This document shows, piece after piece, positions 11,221 through 21,063 of a stretch of DNA of 64,000 nucleotides. Within the stretch, counting starts at the first letter, position 1, and every line of letters begins with the position of its first letter. This stretch comes from an uncultured Planctomycetaceae bacterium (lineage in GTDB: Bacteria > Planctomycetota > Planctomycetia > Planctomycetales > Planctomycetaceae): contig CAWFAK010000016.1 in the NCBI GenBank assembly GCA_963813715.1, forward strand, positions 192,001 to 256,000, written 5' to 3'. Under the pieces are notes generated by a model. The model was not told the DNA's origin and searched no databases. It saw nothing but the letters and a program-made list of their open reading frames with translations. A program made the position numbers and the translations under genes.

Positions 11221-11231
11221 CCGCACATCGC

Positions 11232-13481
11232 CTACGACGTCTTCGCCGTGTTGGTGATCACCGTCTGCTCGTAGACGCGGCTGGCGGCTGCGGTTTCCGC
11301 CGCCTTCGGTGTGGCCGGCGTGCCTGCGCCGCGTTCGTGCTTGCTCCACCACTCTTCGGCTTCTTCCACAGACCAGAGCCCGGCCGTCGGGCAGCGGGCG
11401 AGGAGTTGCGCAAGGTCGCGAGCGGTATGCGGCCGCTTGGTCGCGACTTCTCCAGGCACGACAAGATCGCGTGCTCTAACTCGCTCGAGACGGGTTTGCC
11501 GAGCCGCTGCGAAGGCAGATCGGGAACTGCGCTCACGTGCTGCTGGTACAGCTCGACGATGCTTGTCGCGTCGAAGACCGGCGTGCCCGTAAGCAGGAAA
11601 TAGCCGACCGCGCCGACGGCGTAGAGATCGCTCCGCGCGTCGACCGAGTTCGGGGTCTGAATGGCCTCGGGCGGCATGTAGAGGGGCGTGCCTGTGAGCG
11701 AGTTGGCCGCCGTCATGCCCGATTGCTTTTGCTCGTCGATCGCCTTGACCAGTCCGAAATCGAGCACCTTGACCACGTCCGCGTCGCAGCCCGCGGCGGT
11801 TGAGCATGATATTGGCCGGCTTGATGTCGCGATGCACGAGCCCCAACGTGTGAGCTTCGTAAAGCGATCCACAAATTTGCGTGAGGATGCGAATCACGCG
11901 CGGCTCAGGCTGCGGGCCGTACTTTTCGACGAGGGCCTGCAGGTCGATGCCGTCGAGGAACTCCATCGCGTAGTAGAAGACGCCTTCCGGAGTCCGCCCG
12001 TAATCGTAGATGGCCACCGTGTTGGGATTGTTGAGCTGGCAGGTGAGCTGCACTTCGCGCTCGAATCGCTGAATCGAGGCATCGTTCACCTTGTCGACGT
12101 CGAGCATCTTGATGGCGGTTGGGCGGCGGAGCATGGCATGGTGCCCCTTGTAGACGACGCCCATTGCCCCCGCGCCCATCTTCGCGTCGAGCGTGTATTG
12201 TCCCAGCTGTTTGGCCTCGATTTCGGCTTTCTGGGCCTCGCGACGCAGTCGAGCGACGATCACCGTGAACACGAAGATTGCCAGCGCGCTCACGCCCAAC
12301 AGGATGTACAGAGCCCAAAAAGTCCGCTGCAGGATGATCAGCGGCTGAAACGCCTCGGTCGCGTCGATCTCGGTCGCCACGCCGATGTCGTACTTGGGCA
12401 GCCACGTCCAGGCCCCGACGACCGTCGAGCCTCGATAGTCCCGGTAGCCGTCGACATCGACGCCCGATTTTCCGGCCACCGCGTCCGCCGCCATCCGCGT
12501 CAGCGGCAGTTCCGACCGCCGGACGTTCGGGCGGAATCCAGCCGTCATGTCGCCCTGCGGATCGCGGACCTGCAACGTGACGATCGAATGCGCGTTGGCC
12601 TGATCAGGCAGCAGCCCCAGCAGGATCAAGCCCTCGTCGAAACGGCTGTTGGAGACTAGCAGGCCCGACTTGTCGAAGGCGTAAGTCTCGCCCGTATCGC
12701 CAATGCGTCCCAATTGCATGATCTGCGTGAATTCGTTTTCAGGACGCAACCTCAGGCCGAGCGCGGCGACCACCTGGAAATTCGCGTCGCGGACCGGCGC
12801 GCAAACGAACATGGTCGGCACGCCGGTGCGAATGCGACCCGATTCGTCCTTCATCACGGCGACGCTGGCAAATGGGGGCGAGACGACCGTCTCTCCCTCG
12901 AGGGCCCGGCTGAGGAAGCTCTCGTATTCGGGGATGTCGCTGCGGCCGACGAGATCCTCGTACGACGAAGCGATGATCCGCCGAGTCTTGTCGGCAACCA
13001 GATAGCCAACGGAGCCCTGCGACGAGAGTGCCGGTGCCAGCCGCTTCCGCAGCTGCTGTTGCGCACCTGCGACTGTTTTCGCGTCGACAGCGGCCTGCCC
13101 GGCCTCCGATTGGGCCAGCAGTTGATAAACGCCTTCGCGCACCTGCGGATCGTTGGCGAGCGTGGTCGCATTCGACGTCTGTACCCGCGCCCAACTCTCC
13201 AACATTGCCGACTCGACATTCAACAACGTCTGCAACTGCGACCGCAGGTTGCTCTTCATCGTCGATTCGATGGCGCGGCGGACGCCGAAGGCCAGCACGG
13301 CCAGCAGGACCGTGGCGACGATCGGCCAAATCCAGATCTGCCGTTTGAGAAACACGCCGGTGCGGGTGACCGTGCGGCCGATGCTCTTGGATGCCCAGGT
13401 GATGTTGGGCGAGCGCGGATTGCCCCTCTGCCTCGAGGAGAAAAAGGGGTTCGAGGAGAGAAACGACCTCAGCCAACTCAT
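11232..13481 (-). CDS. membrane Ser/Thr protein kinase with extracytoplasmic Cache-like sensor (two compensating indels near 11790 and 11440)
   Basis: TM-sensor-TM, then [17 protein letters not shown] and GTPLYMPPE lie in shifted frame 11258..11872. Confidence 0.85.
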   Translation of the reverse strand: MSWLRSFLSSNPFFSSRQRGNPRSPNITWASKSIGRTVTRTGVFLKRQIWIWPIVATVLLAVLAFGVRRAIESTMKSNLRSQLQTLLNVESAMLESWARVQTSNATTLANDPQVREGVYQLLAQSEAGQAAVDAKTVAGAQQQLRKRLAPALSSQGSVGYLVADKTRRIIASSYEDLVGRSDIPEYESFLSRALEGETVVSPPFASVAVMKDESGRIRTGVPTMFVCAPVRDANFQVVAALGLRLRPENEFTQIMQLGRIGDTGETYAFDKSGLLVSNSRFDEGLILLGLLPDQANAHSIVTLQVRDPQGDMTAGFRPNVRRSELPLTRMAADAVAGKSGVDVDGYRDYRGSTVVGAWTWLPKYDIGVATEIDATEAFQPLIILQRTFWALYILLGVSALAIFVFTVIVARLRREAQKAEIEAKQLGQYTLDAKMGAGAMGVVYKGHHAMLRRPTAIKMLDVDKVNDASIQRFEREVQLTCQLNNPNTVAIYDYGRTPEGVFYYAMEFLDGIDLQALVEKYGPQPEPRVIRILTQICGSLYEAHTLGLVHRDIKPANIMLNRRGLRRGRGQGARFRTGQGDRRAKAIGHDGGQLAHRHAPLHAARGHSDPELGRRAERSLRRRRGRLFPAYGHAGLRRDKHRRAVPAARERSSRSAFAAARQTRLERVRARDLVVPGEVATKRPHTARDLAQLLARCPTAGLWSVEEAEEWWSKHERGAGTPATPKAAETAAASRVYEQTVITNTAKTS

Positions 13482-13656
13482 TCTCGACGTCCCCACCCTC
13501 TGCCGCGGATTGCTCGTGTTGCCAACGTACGCCCCAAGCCGTCGCCATCCGGTGCGTACGCTTCGTGGAGGCCCGATTCCAATTGCTGGTTCATCCAAAG
13601 GTCTATTATGACGAATGAGCGCGACCCCGAGCAAAATCAATCGGTCCAAAGAGTCG

Positions 13657-13677
13657 CGCGGGGGGTGAGCCCTCGTG
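13657..13677. repeat. degenerate REP-like palindrome
   Basis: CGCGGGGGGTGAGCCCTCGTG, similar to 57769-57791 and 4123-4144. Confidence 0.4.
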
Positions 13678-13830
13678 CTTCACCCCGATTGCGGCCGTCC
13701 GGCGGTCAAAACAGCTGTAGTGGCGGCCCGTTTGACCCCCTCCTATAATTCGCTGCCCGCCCGTCAGGTCCGTCGATATCTGCAGGCCCGTCGCTATCTG
13801 CCGGGCCCGGCGGTATCAGGAGTTTCCCGT

Positions 13831-14941
13831 ATGAACAGCGAACTTAAGCAGGCTTTTCAGGAGATCAGTCGACGTATCGTCCATCTCCGGGACTCTCTTT
13901 GACTACGATCAGAAGCTCAAACGCGCTGACGAAATCAACCAAACGATGGCGGGGTCCGGCTTTTGGGACGACGCCGACAAGGCCCAAAAGCTCGTCGGCG
14001 AGCTGCGGACTCTCACCAACTCGATCAAGCCCGTCAAAGAACTCTTCTCGCAGTTCGACGATCTCGGCGTGTTGATGGAATTTGCCGAGGAGGATTCTTC
14101 CGGCGACAGCGAGACCGAATTCAAGTCGGCCCTGACGGCCATCGGTCCCAAGCTCGACGCCGTCGAGCTGCAGGCCACGATGTCTGATCCCGCCGACGTG
14201 ATGGGCGCGTTCGTCGCCATTCAAGCGGGCGAAGGGGGAACCGACTCGGCCGACTGGGCCGAGATGCTCCTCCGCATGTACGACCGCTGGGCCGAGGATC
14301 ACGGCTTCGAGCGCGAACTCCTGGAAACGTCGCCGGCCGAAGAAGCGGGCATCCGCAACGCGACATTGGCCATCCGCGGCGATTACGTGTTCGGCCATCT
14401 CAAGGGAGAAACGGGCAACCATCGACTGATTCGCATCAGCCCGTTCGACTCGGCCGGCCGCCGGCACACGTCCTTCGCGGCCGTCGACGTGACGCCCGCT
14501 ATCGATGACGAGACGGTGATCGAAGTCGACTTCGCCAACGATGTCCGCGAGGACACGTATCGCGCGGGCGGCGCGGGCGGCCAGCACGTCAACAAGACCA
14601 GCTCGGCCATCCGGCTCACGCACCTGCCAACAAATGTGGTAGTGCAGTGTCAGAACGAACGCAGCCAGCACAAGAACCGGGCGCTAGCCCGCAAGATGCT
14701 CGTGGCCAAGCTCTATCAACTCGACCGCGAGAAGAAGGCCAAGGAAGCGGCCGACCGTCGCGGACTGAAATCCAAGATCGGCTTCGGCGGCGAAACGATC
14801 CGCAATTACGTGCTGCACCCGGATCAGTTCGTCAAAGACACCCGCACCGGCCAGAAGTCCGGCAATCCCACGAACGTGCTCAACGGCGAACTCGATCCGT
14901 TCATTGAAGAGTATTTGCGTTGGTCGCTGTCGAAGGATTAA
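13831..14941 (+). CDS. prfB: peptide chain release factor 2, programmed +1 frameshift
   Basis: 23 codons end at CTT TGA C (13897-13903) with GGGA just upstream; the +1 frame contains the SPF and GGQ motifs. Confidence 0.96.
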
Positions 14942-14962
14942 CCGGCGCGGCTCGAACAGTGA

Positions 14963-16273
14963 TCATCCCACGCTTTCCGACGAGCGGAAGAATCGCTTGG
15001 ACTTCATTTCCGAGCGGGGGAGCGTGCCCGGGGCGGCCGTCACGATTTCGGCCTGGAAGTGCAGGCGATCGCGGATCGCGTGGCTGACGTCTTCCAGGAG
15101 CGGGCCGGATGCCGCGGCCGTGTGCGGCTCTATGGTGATCTTGATGTGCTGCATCGCGCGGCGCGTCTCCACGTCGATGCGGTACTCCGCAATCTCGGAG
15201 AATTCGCGGAGAATCCCCTCGATGCTTGCGGGGAAGACGTTGTTGCCGCGAATGGTCACCATGTCGTCCAGACGCCCGAGGATGCCACCCGCCAGCCGGA
15301 GCAAATGGCGACCGCAGGGGCAGGGATTCGTGTCGGCGACGACGAGGTCGCCGGTCCGGTAGCGGAAGAGAGGCGAGCCAGTGCGGCCCAAGTTCGTGAC
15401 CACCAATTCGCCTTGGCTGCCGGCGGGCACGGGCTGTTGCGTCGCCGGGTCCAGAATCTCGGCAATGCACTCGGATTCGAGCAAGTGCAGGCCGCCCGGA
15501 TTCTCCGGACATTCGACCGCGAGCGGCCCGACCTCGGTCATGCCCCAGTGATCGAAGACCCGCGCGCCCCAACTCTTCTCGACGACGGCCCGAATGGCCC
15601 GCACGCTGCCTCCCGGCTCGCCGGCGACGATGATCGAACGGACCGAGGTGTCGGCCAAATCGATGCCCTCCTCGGCGGCGACTTCCGCCAACCGCAGCGC
15701 ATAGGTGGGCGTACAGCAGACGACCGTGGCCCGGTTGTCGCGGATCATTTGCAGACGCGCCTGGCTGCTGAGTCCGCCCGCCGGCAGGCAGAGCGCACCC
15801 AGGCGGCTGGCGGCGTCGAAGGCCGCCCAAAACCCGAGAAACGGTCCGAACGAGAACGGAAAGGCGACGACATCTGCGGCCGTTGTCTCCGTGATTTCAA
15901 AGATCTGCCGCCAACACGACGTCACCCAATCCCAGCTCGTCGGTGTGTCGAGCCAGCGGAGCGGAGCGCTGCTCGTCCCCGACGTTTGATGCAGCCGGCT
16001 GTAGCGGTGGACGGATTCGGTGAAATTGGTGCCGTAGGGCGGCGTTGCCTGTTGGTCCTCGAGCAACTCCTTCTTCTGTGTCGTGGGCAACCGTGTCAGA
16101 TCGGCCGGCGCTTGCAAATCCTCCGGCCGGCAGCCGGCGTCGGCGAATTTCCCGGTCCAGAACCGATTGCCGGGGATCACAGCCGCCACCAACTGCCGCA
16201 GCCGTTCGGCCTGATGGCGTTGTAATTGTTCGCGATCGGGCTGAGGCGGTTGGCCGGTCGAACGTTGCGTCAT
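14963..16273 (-). CDS. phenylacetate-CoA ligase (PaaK)-family adenylate-forming enzyme
   Basis: QTSGTS, AGEPGG, DHWGMTE, RYRTGD and GRLDDM motifs. Confidence 0.85.
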   Translation of the reverse strand: MTQRSTGQPPQPDREQLQRHQAERLRQLVAAVIPGNRFWTGKFADAGCRPEDLQAPADLTRLPTTQKKELLEDQQATPPYGTNFTESVHRYSRLHQTSGTSSAPLRWLDTPTSWDWVTSCWRQIFEITETTAADVVAFPFSFGPFLGFWAAFDAASRLGALCLPAGGLSSQARLQMIRDNRATVVCCTPTYALRLAEVAAEEGIDLADTSVRSIIVAGEPGGSVRAIRAVVEKSWGARVFDHWGMTEVGPLAVECPENPGGLHLLESECIAEILDPATQQPVPAGSQGELVVTNLGRTGSPLFRYRTGDLVVADTNPCPCGRHLLRLAGGILGRLDDMVTIRGNNVFPASIEGILREFSEIAEYRIDVETRRAMQHIKITIEPHTAAASGPLLEDVSHAIRDRLHFQAEIVTAAPGTLPRSEMKSKRFFRSSESVG

Positions 16274-16669
16274 GGTGGATAACTGCAGGCGATCGCGCCG
16301 CCATTCCTGATCGTTGACGGCCGTGATGACTCGAGCGCGGGCGCTTCGGGGCTCCGCGGGGCGCCAAAAATCCGTTCACCCGGCACCTTCGTTGAAGATA
16401 CCGCAAACGTGCAAATCCGCACCAGTCGCAGCGTTTTCCAAACGGCGCAACTCTCACGCACAGCAGCCATTTCTCTCCGAGCGGCGGCGTCTGCAGGGCG
16501 AACGCATCGTCAAGCGCTATCACGATTTGGAGTTGTCGTCATCGGCATGCAATTTGGCGCGACTTCGCCAACCCGAATTCTCAAGTCGCTCCACGGGCGG
16601 CGTCGATCAAACCACAACACGGCCGACCGGGGGCCAAGGTCCGTCTGCGAAGACTGGGGAACTTTTTGC

Positions 16670-17507
16670 ATGTCCGCCGACTCCGGCAGAGAACTGTTCC
16701 GTCTCGGTTTTTTGACGGCCATCGAAGTCCCTGACCGCGGCTACGTCGGCGGCCTCTTGGTCACGAACCAGTTTGGCCGCCCGCTCGAATTCCAGTGCAC
16801 GGCGCCGCTCAAGCCGAACCGCACGCAGGAAATCCTCTACGGCCCGACGCTCGTTCCGTATGTGCTCGGCGACCTGATCGGCCGCACGCTGATCGAGAAG
16901 GTCGGCGTCAAGCCGCACATCGTGCTCACCGAACGGCACGAACTGCTCGGCTTGCGCGATCTGGTGGAGATTCCCGTCGCCAGCGTGCACGACATGCCCG
17001 CGAACGGATCGCCGATCGCCGTGGCCGAAGCGTCGACCGCAAGCGAATCGGCCGAGTCCGAGGCGAGCGAGGGGCGCGATGAATTGCGGGCGATGGAGCC
17101 GGTGGTCGTCGACCAACCGTTGGCTGCGGACGCGGACGAGTCGGGCGGCGCTGCCGGGCCTGATTCGCTCGACCTCGATTCTCGAGGCGTCGATTTCCGA
17201 GCCGGCACTCGCGCTCGACAGCGGGACCTCGAACGGTGGATCGCCGGGCAGCGTGCTGGAACCGACTCGCTTGGACGAAGCGGCCGAACGGACGCGCCGT
17301 TCTAAGCGAACGAAAACACCGTCCGAGGATTGCTCGCCAATTCAGCTTGGTCGACAGATGCTGCGGTTTCACAGAGCTCACGCGGGCGACCGTTCGATTG
17401 CCAGCCGTGGAGCCGAGGTCGTGCCCAATAACGCCGATCTACGCGAGCCCTTCGAGCGAGTCCGCGAAGCGCTCGGCGAGACGGCTCGGCTGGGAGGCTC
17501 GCGGTGA
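16670..17507 (+). CDS. conserved hypothetical protein (one indel near 17100-17250)
   Basis: N-terminal [19 protein letters not shown] in ORF 16409..17305; C-terminal [13 protein letters not shown] in ORF 17079..17507; GTGA overlap with the SNF2 gene. Confidence 0.65.
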
Positions 17508-19396
17508 CCGGCGATCCGGTGAGCGACGCAATCATCCAGGTCCAGCATCCGGAGGGCGAACATCCGGAGATTCAACGTCCGGAGGTGGTCGACTCCTCCG
17601 TCGAATGCAGCGAACTGCCGCTGGAGATGGCGACCGACGTCTTTGCCGCCGGCATGAACGGCGCCCTGCGTCGCAGCCCGGCGGTTGAAGCCTCTCCGTC
17701 GAACCTCATCGACCGCGTCGGACTTAACCCGACTTGGCGTCCACAGCGGCCGCACCTCGTGACGTTCCGCCTGCTGTTTCCCGAAGGCGCGGGCTTCCTC
17801 CCGCCCAAGGCGCCGCGTCCGCCCGAAGAAAAACTGCGAACGATCGAGCCGCCCGCCGCCGACACTCCCGAAGCAGAGCCGCGTCGTCCCGGTCGCACGC
17901 GGCTGCGGCCGCCGCAAGACGCCCTGTCGCTGCAGGACCGACTCTTCTACTTGTTGCAGCCGCCGCTCGAGAGCTGGCTGGCCGGGCAAGAGGTGGTGAT
18001 GCCCTTCGAGCCGTTCGCCTTTCAGTACGAGGGGATCGCCTGGCTCTTCTCGCAGAACGCGGCCTTGCTCGCCGACGAAATGGGGCTGGGCAAGACCATG
18101 CAGGCGATTACCGCCATCCGCCTCTTGATGCGCAGCGGCCAGGCCCGACGCGTGCTGTTGATCTGTCCCAAGCCGCTGATTCCCAACTGGCAGCGTGAAT
18201 TCAAGCTGTGGGCGGAAGAGCTGCCGGTGATTCTGTTGGAAGGTGACGCGAGCCGCCGCAAAATGCTCTGGACGATGCCTGGCATCAATGTGCTGATCGC
18301 CAATTACGAGCTGATGTCCCGCGACCTCGAGGAACTGGTCGACGCCGACTTCCCGCGGCTCGACCTGCTGGTTCTGGACGAGGCGCAGCGAATCAAGAAT
18401 CGGGAATCGCGGACGGCCCAAGTCGCACGGTCGATTCCGCGGAGGCGGAGCTGGGCGCTCACGGGAACACCGATCGAGAATCGACCCGAGGAGCTGTCGT
18501 CGCTCTACGAGTTTTTGGAGGTCGTGCCGCCGCGGGCCGACCCGGATCTCAAGCAACTGCAGAAACTCTCGAAGACCTACATCCTGCGGCGCACCAAGGA
18601 TCGGGTGATGACGGATCTGCCGCCGCGCCTCGATCGCGACGAGCACCTCGAGCTGTCGCCCGCCCAGCAGCTCGCCTACAAGACTGCTGAGAAGGAAGGC
18701 GTCATCCACCTCAACGAACTGGGCGACTCGATCTCAGTGCAGCACGTGTTCGAGCTGGTGTTGCGGCTGAAGCAGATCACGAATTTCGACCCGCTCACCG
18801 GCGAGAGCGCGAAGCTCGACCGGCTGCTGGCCGAAATGGAAGAAATTGCCGAGAGCAACGGCAAAGCCATTCTGTTCAGCCAGTGGACCAAGGCGCTCGA
18901 CTGGCTCGACGAGCGGCTCAAACCGTTCGGCCCGCTTATTTACCACGGCGGCGTGCCGACCGCGAAACGCGAACCGGTGCTCAAGCGATTCAAAGAGGAT
19001 CCCGACAGCCACCTGCTCCTGATGAGTTACGGCACCGGGGCCGTCGGGCTCAATCTGCAGTTTGCCGGCTATGTCTTCTTGTTCGATCGCTGGTGGAACC
19101 CGGCCGTCGAGGACCAGGCGATCAACCGGGCCCATCGCATCGGTCAGAAGAACCCGGTGATCGTCACGCGGTTCATCTCGAAAGACACAATCGAAGAGCG
19201 GATCGACACCGTGCTGCGGCAAAAGCGCGAGCTGTTCGCCTCGGTGCTGGGCGACGGAGCAACGACCAACGCCTCGCTCAGCATGTCGGCGGCGGAAATC
19301 TTTGGCCTGTTCGATCTGAAATCGCGCGACGCCCGCGGGATGAAGTCCGTCTCGCCGCCTGAACCGACGAATGGCGAAACCACGGCCGCGGCCTGA
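17504..19396 (+). CDS. SNF2-family DEAD/DEAH helicase
   Basis: [50 protein letters not shown]. Confidence 0.93.
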   Translation: MTGDPVSDAIIQVQHPEGEHPEIQRPEVVDSSVECSELPLEMATDVFAAGMNGALRRSPAVEASPSNLIDRVGLNPTWRPQRPHLVTFRLLFPEGAGFLPPKAPRPPEEKLRTIEPPAADTPEAEPRRPGRTRLRPPQDALSLQDRLFYLLQPPLESWLAGQEVVMPFEPFAFQYEGIAWLFSQNAALLADEMGLGKTMQAITAIRLLMRSGQARRVLLICPKPLIPNWQREFKLWAEELPVILLEGDASRRKMLWTMPGINVLIANYELMSRDLEELVDADFPRLDLLVLDEAQRIKNRESRTAQVARSIPRRRSWALTGTPIENRPEELSSLYEFLEVVPPRADPDLKQLQKLSKTYILRRTKDRVMTDLPPRLDRDEHLELSPAQQLAYKTAEKEGVIHLNELGDSISVQHVFELVLRLKQITNFDPLTGESAKLDRLLAEMEEIAESNGKAILFSQWTKALDWLDERLKPFGPLIYHGGVPTAKREPVLKRFKEDPDSHLLLMSYGTGAVGLNLQFAGYVFLFDRWWNPAVEDQAINRAHRIGQKNPVIVTRFISKDTIEERIDTVLRQKRELFASVLGDGATTNASLSMSAAEIFGLFDLKSRDARGMKSVSPPEPTNGETTAAA

Positions 19397-19507
19397 CCGA
19401 CGAGCCGACTGTCCCGCGCGCGGGACTTCCTCGCCCCAGTTCTGCGTTCCTCAAAAAGTGTCCGGACCGGATTCCGACCGACTGCAGTCGGCCCATCATC
19501 GGCTGCC

Positions 19508-19591
19508 GGGGATCCTGTCTCCCTCTAGTGAAAAAGGATCCCCATCACCGCCGGGGATCCTTTGTCATCCCCGCCGGGAACAAAGATCCCC
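19508..19591. repeat. two tandem GGGGATCC...GGATCCCC stem-loops
   Basis: Inverted repeats at 19508-19543 and 19553-19591. Confidence 0.55.
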
Positions 19592-19618
19592 ACCAGACAA
19601 TTCTTGACCAGTCAGCTC

Positions 19619-19705
19619 GGGTGGCACTGGCGGCTTGTCCGCCAGTGGGCTTTCCGGTTCATTAGGTCCGAAGGACCGCTGGCGGACGAGCCACCAGCAA
19701 CACCC
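19619..19705. repeat. REP doublet (GGGTGGCACTGGCGGCTTGTCCGCCAGTG family)
   Basis: 29-nt left arm identical to 53207-53235; degenerate inverted right arm at 19677-19705. Confidence 0.85.
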
Positions 19706-19762
19706 CCGCCTCATTGCGAACAGGCGGCGGTCGCAGCGACGTCCCAAATTCACCGGGATACG

Positions 19763-19943
19763 CTCGATGAAACAACGTGTCCCGTCCCGATCCCGTCCCC
19801 ACCGCCACTTGCGACGGCATTGGGTCAACTACTTTGGTGGGTCAACTACCTAGTGAAACAAAATGCCCCGACCCACCGACCAACCTCTTTTCGCCTCCCA
19901 CATTCTCTCGATGTTTCTCGATGAAACAACGTGTCCCGTCCCG
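19763..19943. repeat. 27-bp perfect direct repeat pair CTCGATGAAACAACGTGTCCCGTCCCG
   Basis: Copies at 19763-19789 and 19917-19943; partial TGTCCCGTCCC copies at 20027-20055. Confidence 0.85.
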
Positions 19944-20070
19944 TCGTTGGTCCAAAGTCCCGCGGTCCAAGGTCCAAAGTCAGGATTGCGAGCCTCTGGT
20001 TTTCGACCTTAGACCTTGGACTTCCTCGTGTCCCGTCCCAATCTGTCCCGTCCCGACCTGCGACCGGGCG

Positions 20071-20122
20071 TTGGGTCACGAATTTCGTGGGTCATCCTCA
20101 TGAGAAAAAATTCGTGACCCAA
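20071..20122. repeat. 15-bp perfect inverted repeat TTGGGTCACGAATTT...AAATTCGTGACCCAA
   Basis: Arms at 20071-20085 and 20108-20122; a degenerate relative at about 19820-19875. Confidence 0.75.
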
Positions 20123-20266
20123 CCCCCAGTGTTTCTCCCTATGCCATTCCGCTCTACGCCATTCCGCTCAACCCCGATGCGCAAAGAGTCCGCTCTCTCC
20201 ATTCAGCCACAAAAACGGGATCCGTCCAAGATCAGTTTTCGCGGAATCCAGGATGACGACGCGGAT

Positions 20267-20386
20267 GGGTGGCCGGGCCGGACGCTCCGCAAGGCGGAAG
20301 CCCCGGACCATCGGCTAACCTGCGGGCGTCGCAAAAGACGCATCTCTCGCCGGGGGCTTCCGCAAGGCGGAGCGCCCCCGCCACCC
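20267..20386. repeat. REP doublet (GGGTGGC...TCCGCAAGGCGGA...GCCACCC family)
   Basis: Inverted arms at 20267-20306 and 20351-20386, each with an internal CCGCAAGGCGG hairpin. Confidence 0.7.
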
Positions 20387-20411
20387 GGCCGGATTACAGT
20401 CGCAAGCATCA

Positions 20412-20978
20412 TCAGCCGGGACCCAGCTCGCAGCGGAGCCACGCTCGGGCATACGCCCAGTGGCGATTAGCGGTGGCCCGCGAGATCCCCAACATCTCGG
20501 CTGCCTCGTCGATCGAACAGCCGGCAAAGTACCGTAGCTCGACAGCCCGAGCCGCCTCCGGCTCCTCGGCAGCAAACCGCGTGAGCGCCTCATCGAGGGC
20601 CAGAATCTTCTCCGAGGTCGGCGCAACGGCCGGCTCGGCATCGTTGAGCGAAACTCGCTCCAATCCGCCGCCGTGCTTGATCCGCGATTTTCGCCGGGCG
20701 TTCTCGACCAGGATTCGCCGCATGGCCTCGGCGGCCGCCGCAAAAAAATGGGCCCGGCCGTCCCAGTGTTGTGCCTCTTTGTCCCCCGAGCCGACGAGCC
20801 GCAGATACGCCTCATGCACGAGTGCCGTCGCATCGAGCGTCTGCCCCGGTTTTTCGGCGGCCATTTTCCCCGCTGCGAGTCGCCGCAGCTCGTCGTACAC
20901 GCGCGGCAGCAGTTGCTCCGCCGCTTCGGAATTACCGTCGATCATCGCGTGCAGAAGGTGTGTAACGTCGTTCGGCAT
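20412..20978 (-). CDS. ECF sigma factor, TIGR02999/planctomycete kinase-associated type
   Basis: DVTHLL..LLPRVYDELRRLA..GQTLDATALVHEAYLRLV..HFFAAAAEAMRRILV..WAYARAWL. Confidence 0.93.
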   Translation of the reverse strand: MPNDVTHLLHAMIDGNSEAAEQLLPRVYDELRRLAAGKMAAEKPGQTLDATALVHEAYLRLVGSGDKEAQHWDGRAHFFAAAAEAMRRILVENARRKSRIKHGGGLERVSLNDAEPAVAPTSEKILALDEALTRFAAEEPEAARAVELRYFAGCSIDEAAEMLGISRATANRHWAYARAWLRCELGPG

Positions 20979-21063
20979 TGCAGTCGTCAGGTATCGTAGG
21001 GCGAGCTGCCATGCCAGCTTGCCGTGTCCGCGAAATCGGCGCTGTGCCTCGGATTAAACTACA

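Noticed and set aside
13732..13749. TTGACC...TATAAT as the prfB promoter pair
   Set aside because: The spacer is only 6 nt; the -10 box may be real, but this pairing is not.
19763..19943. 27-bp direct repeats as a CRISPR array
   Set aside because: Only two full copies, a 127-nt spacer, no cas genes, and embedded among REP-like elements.
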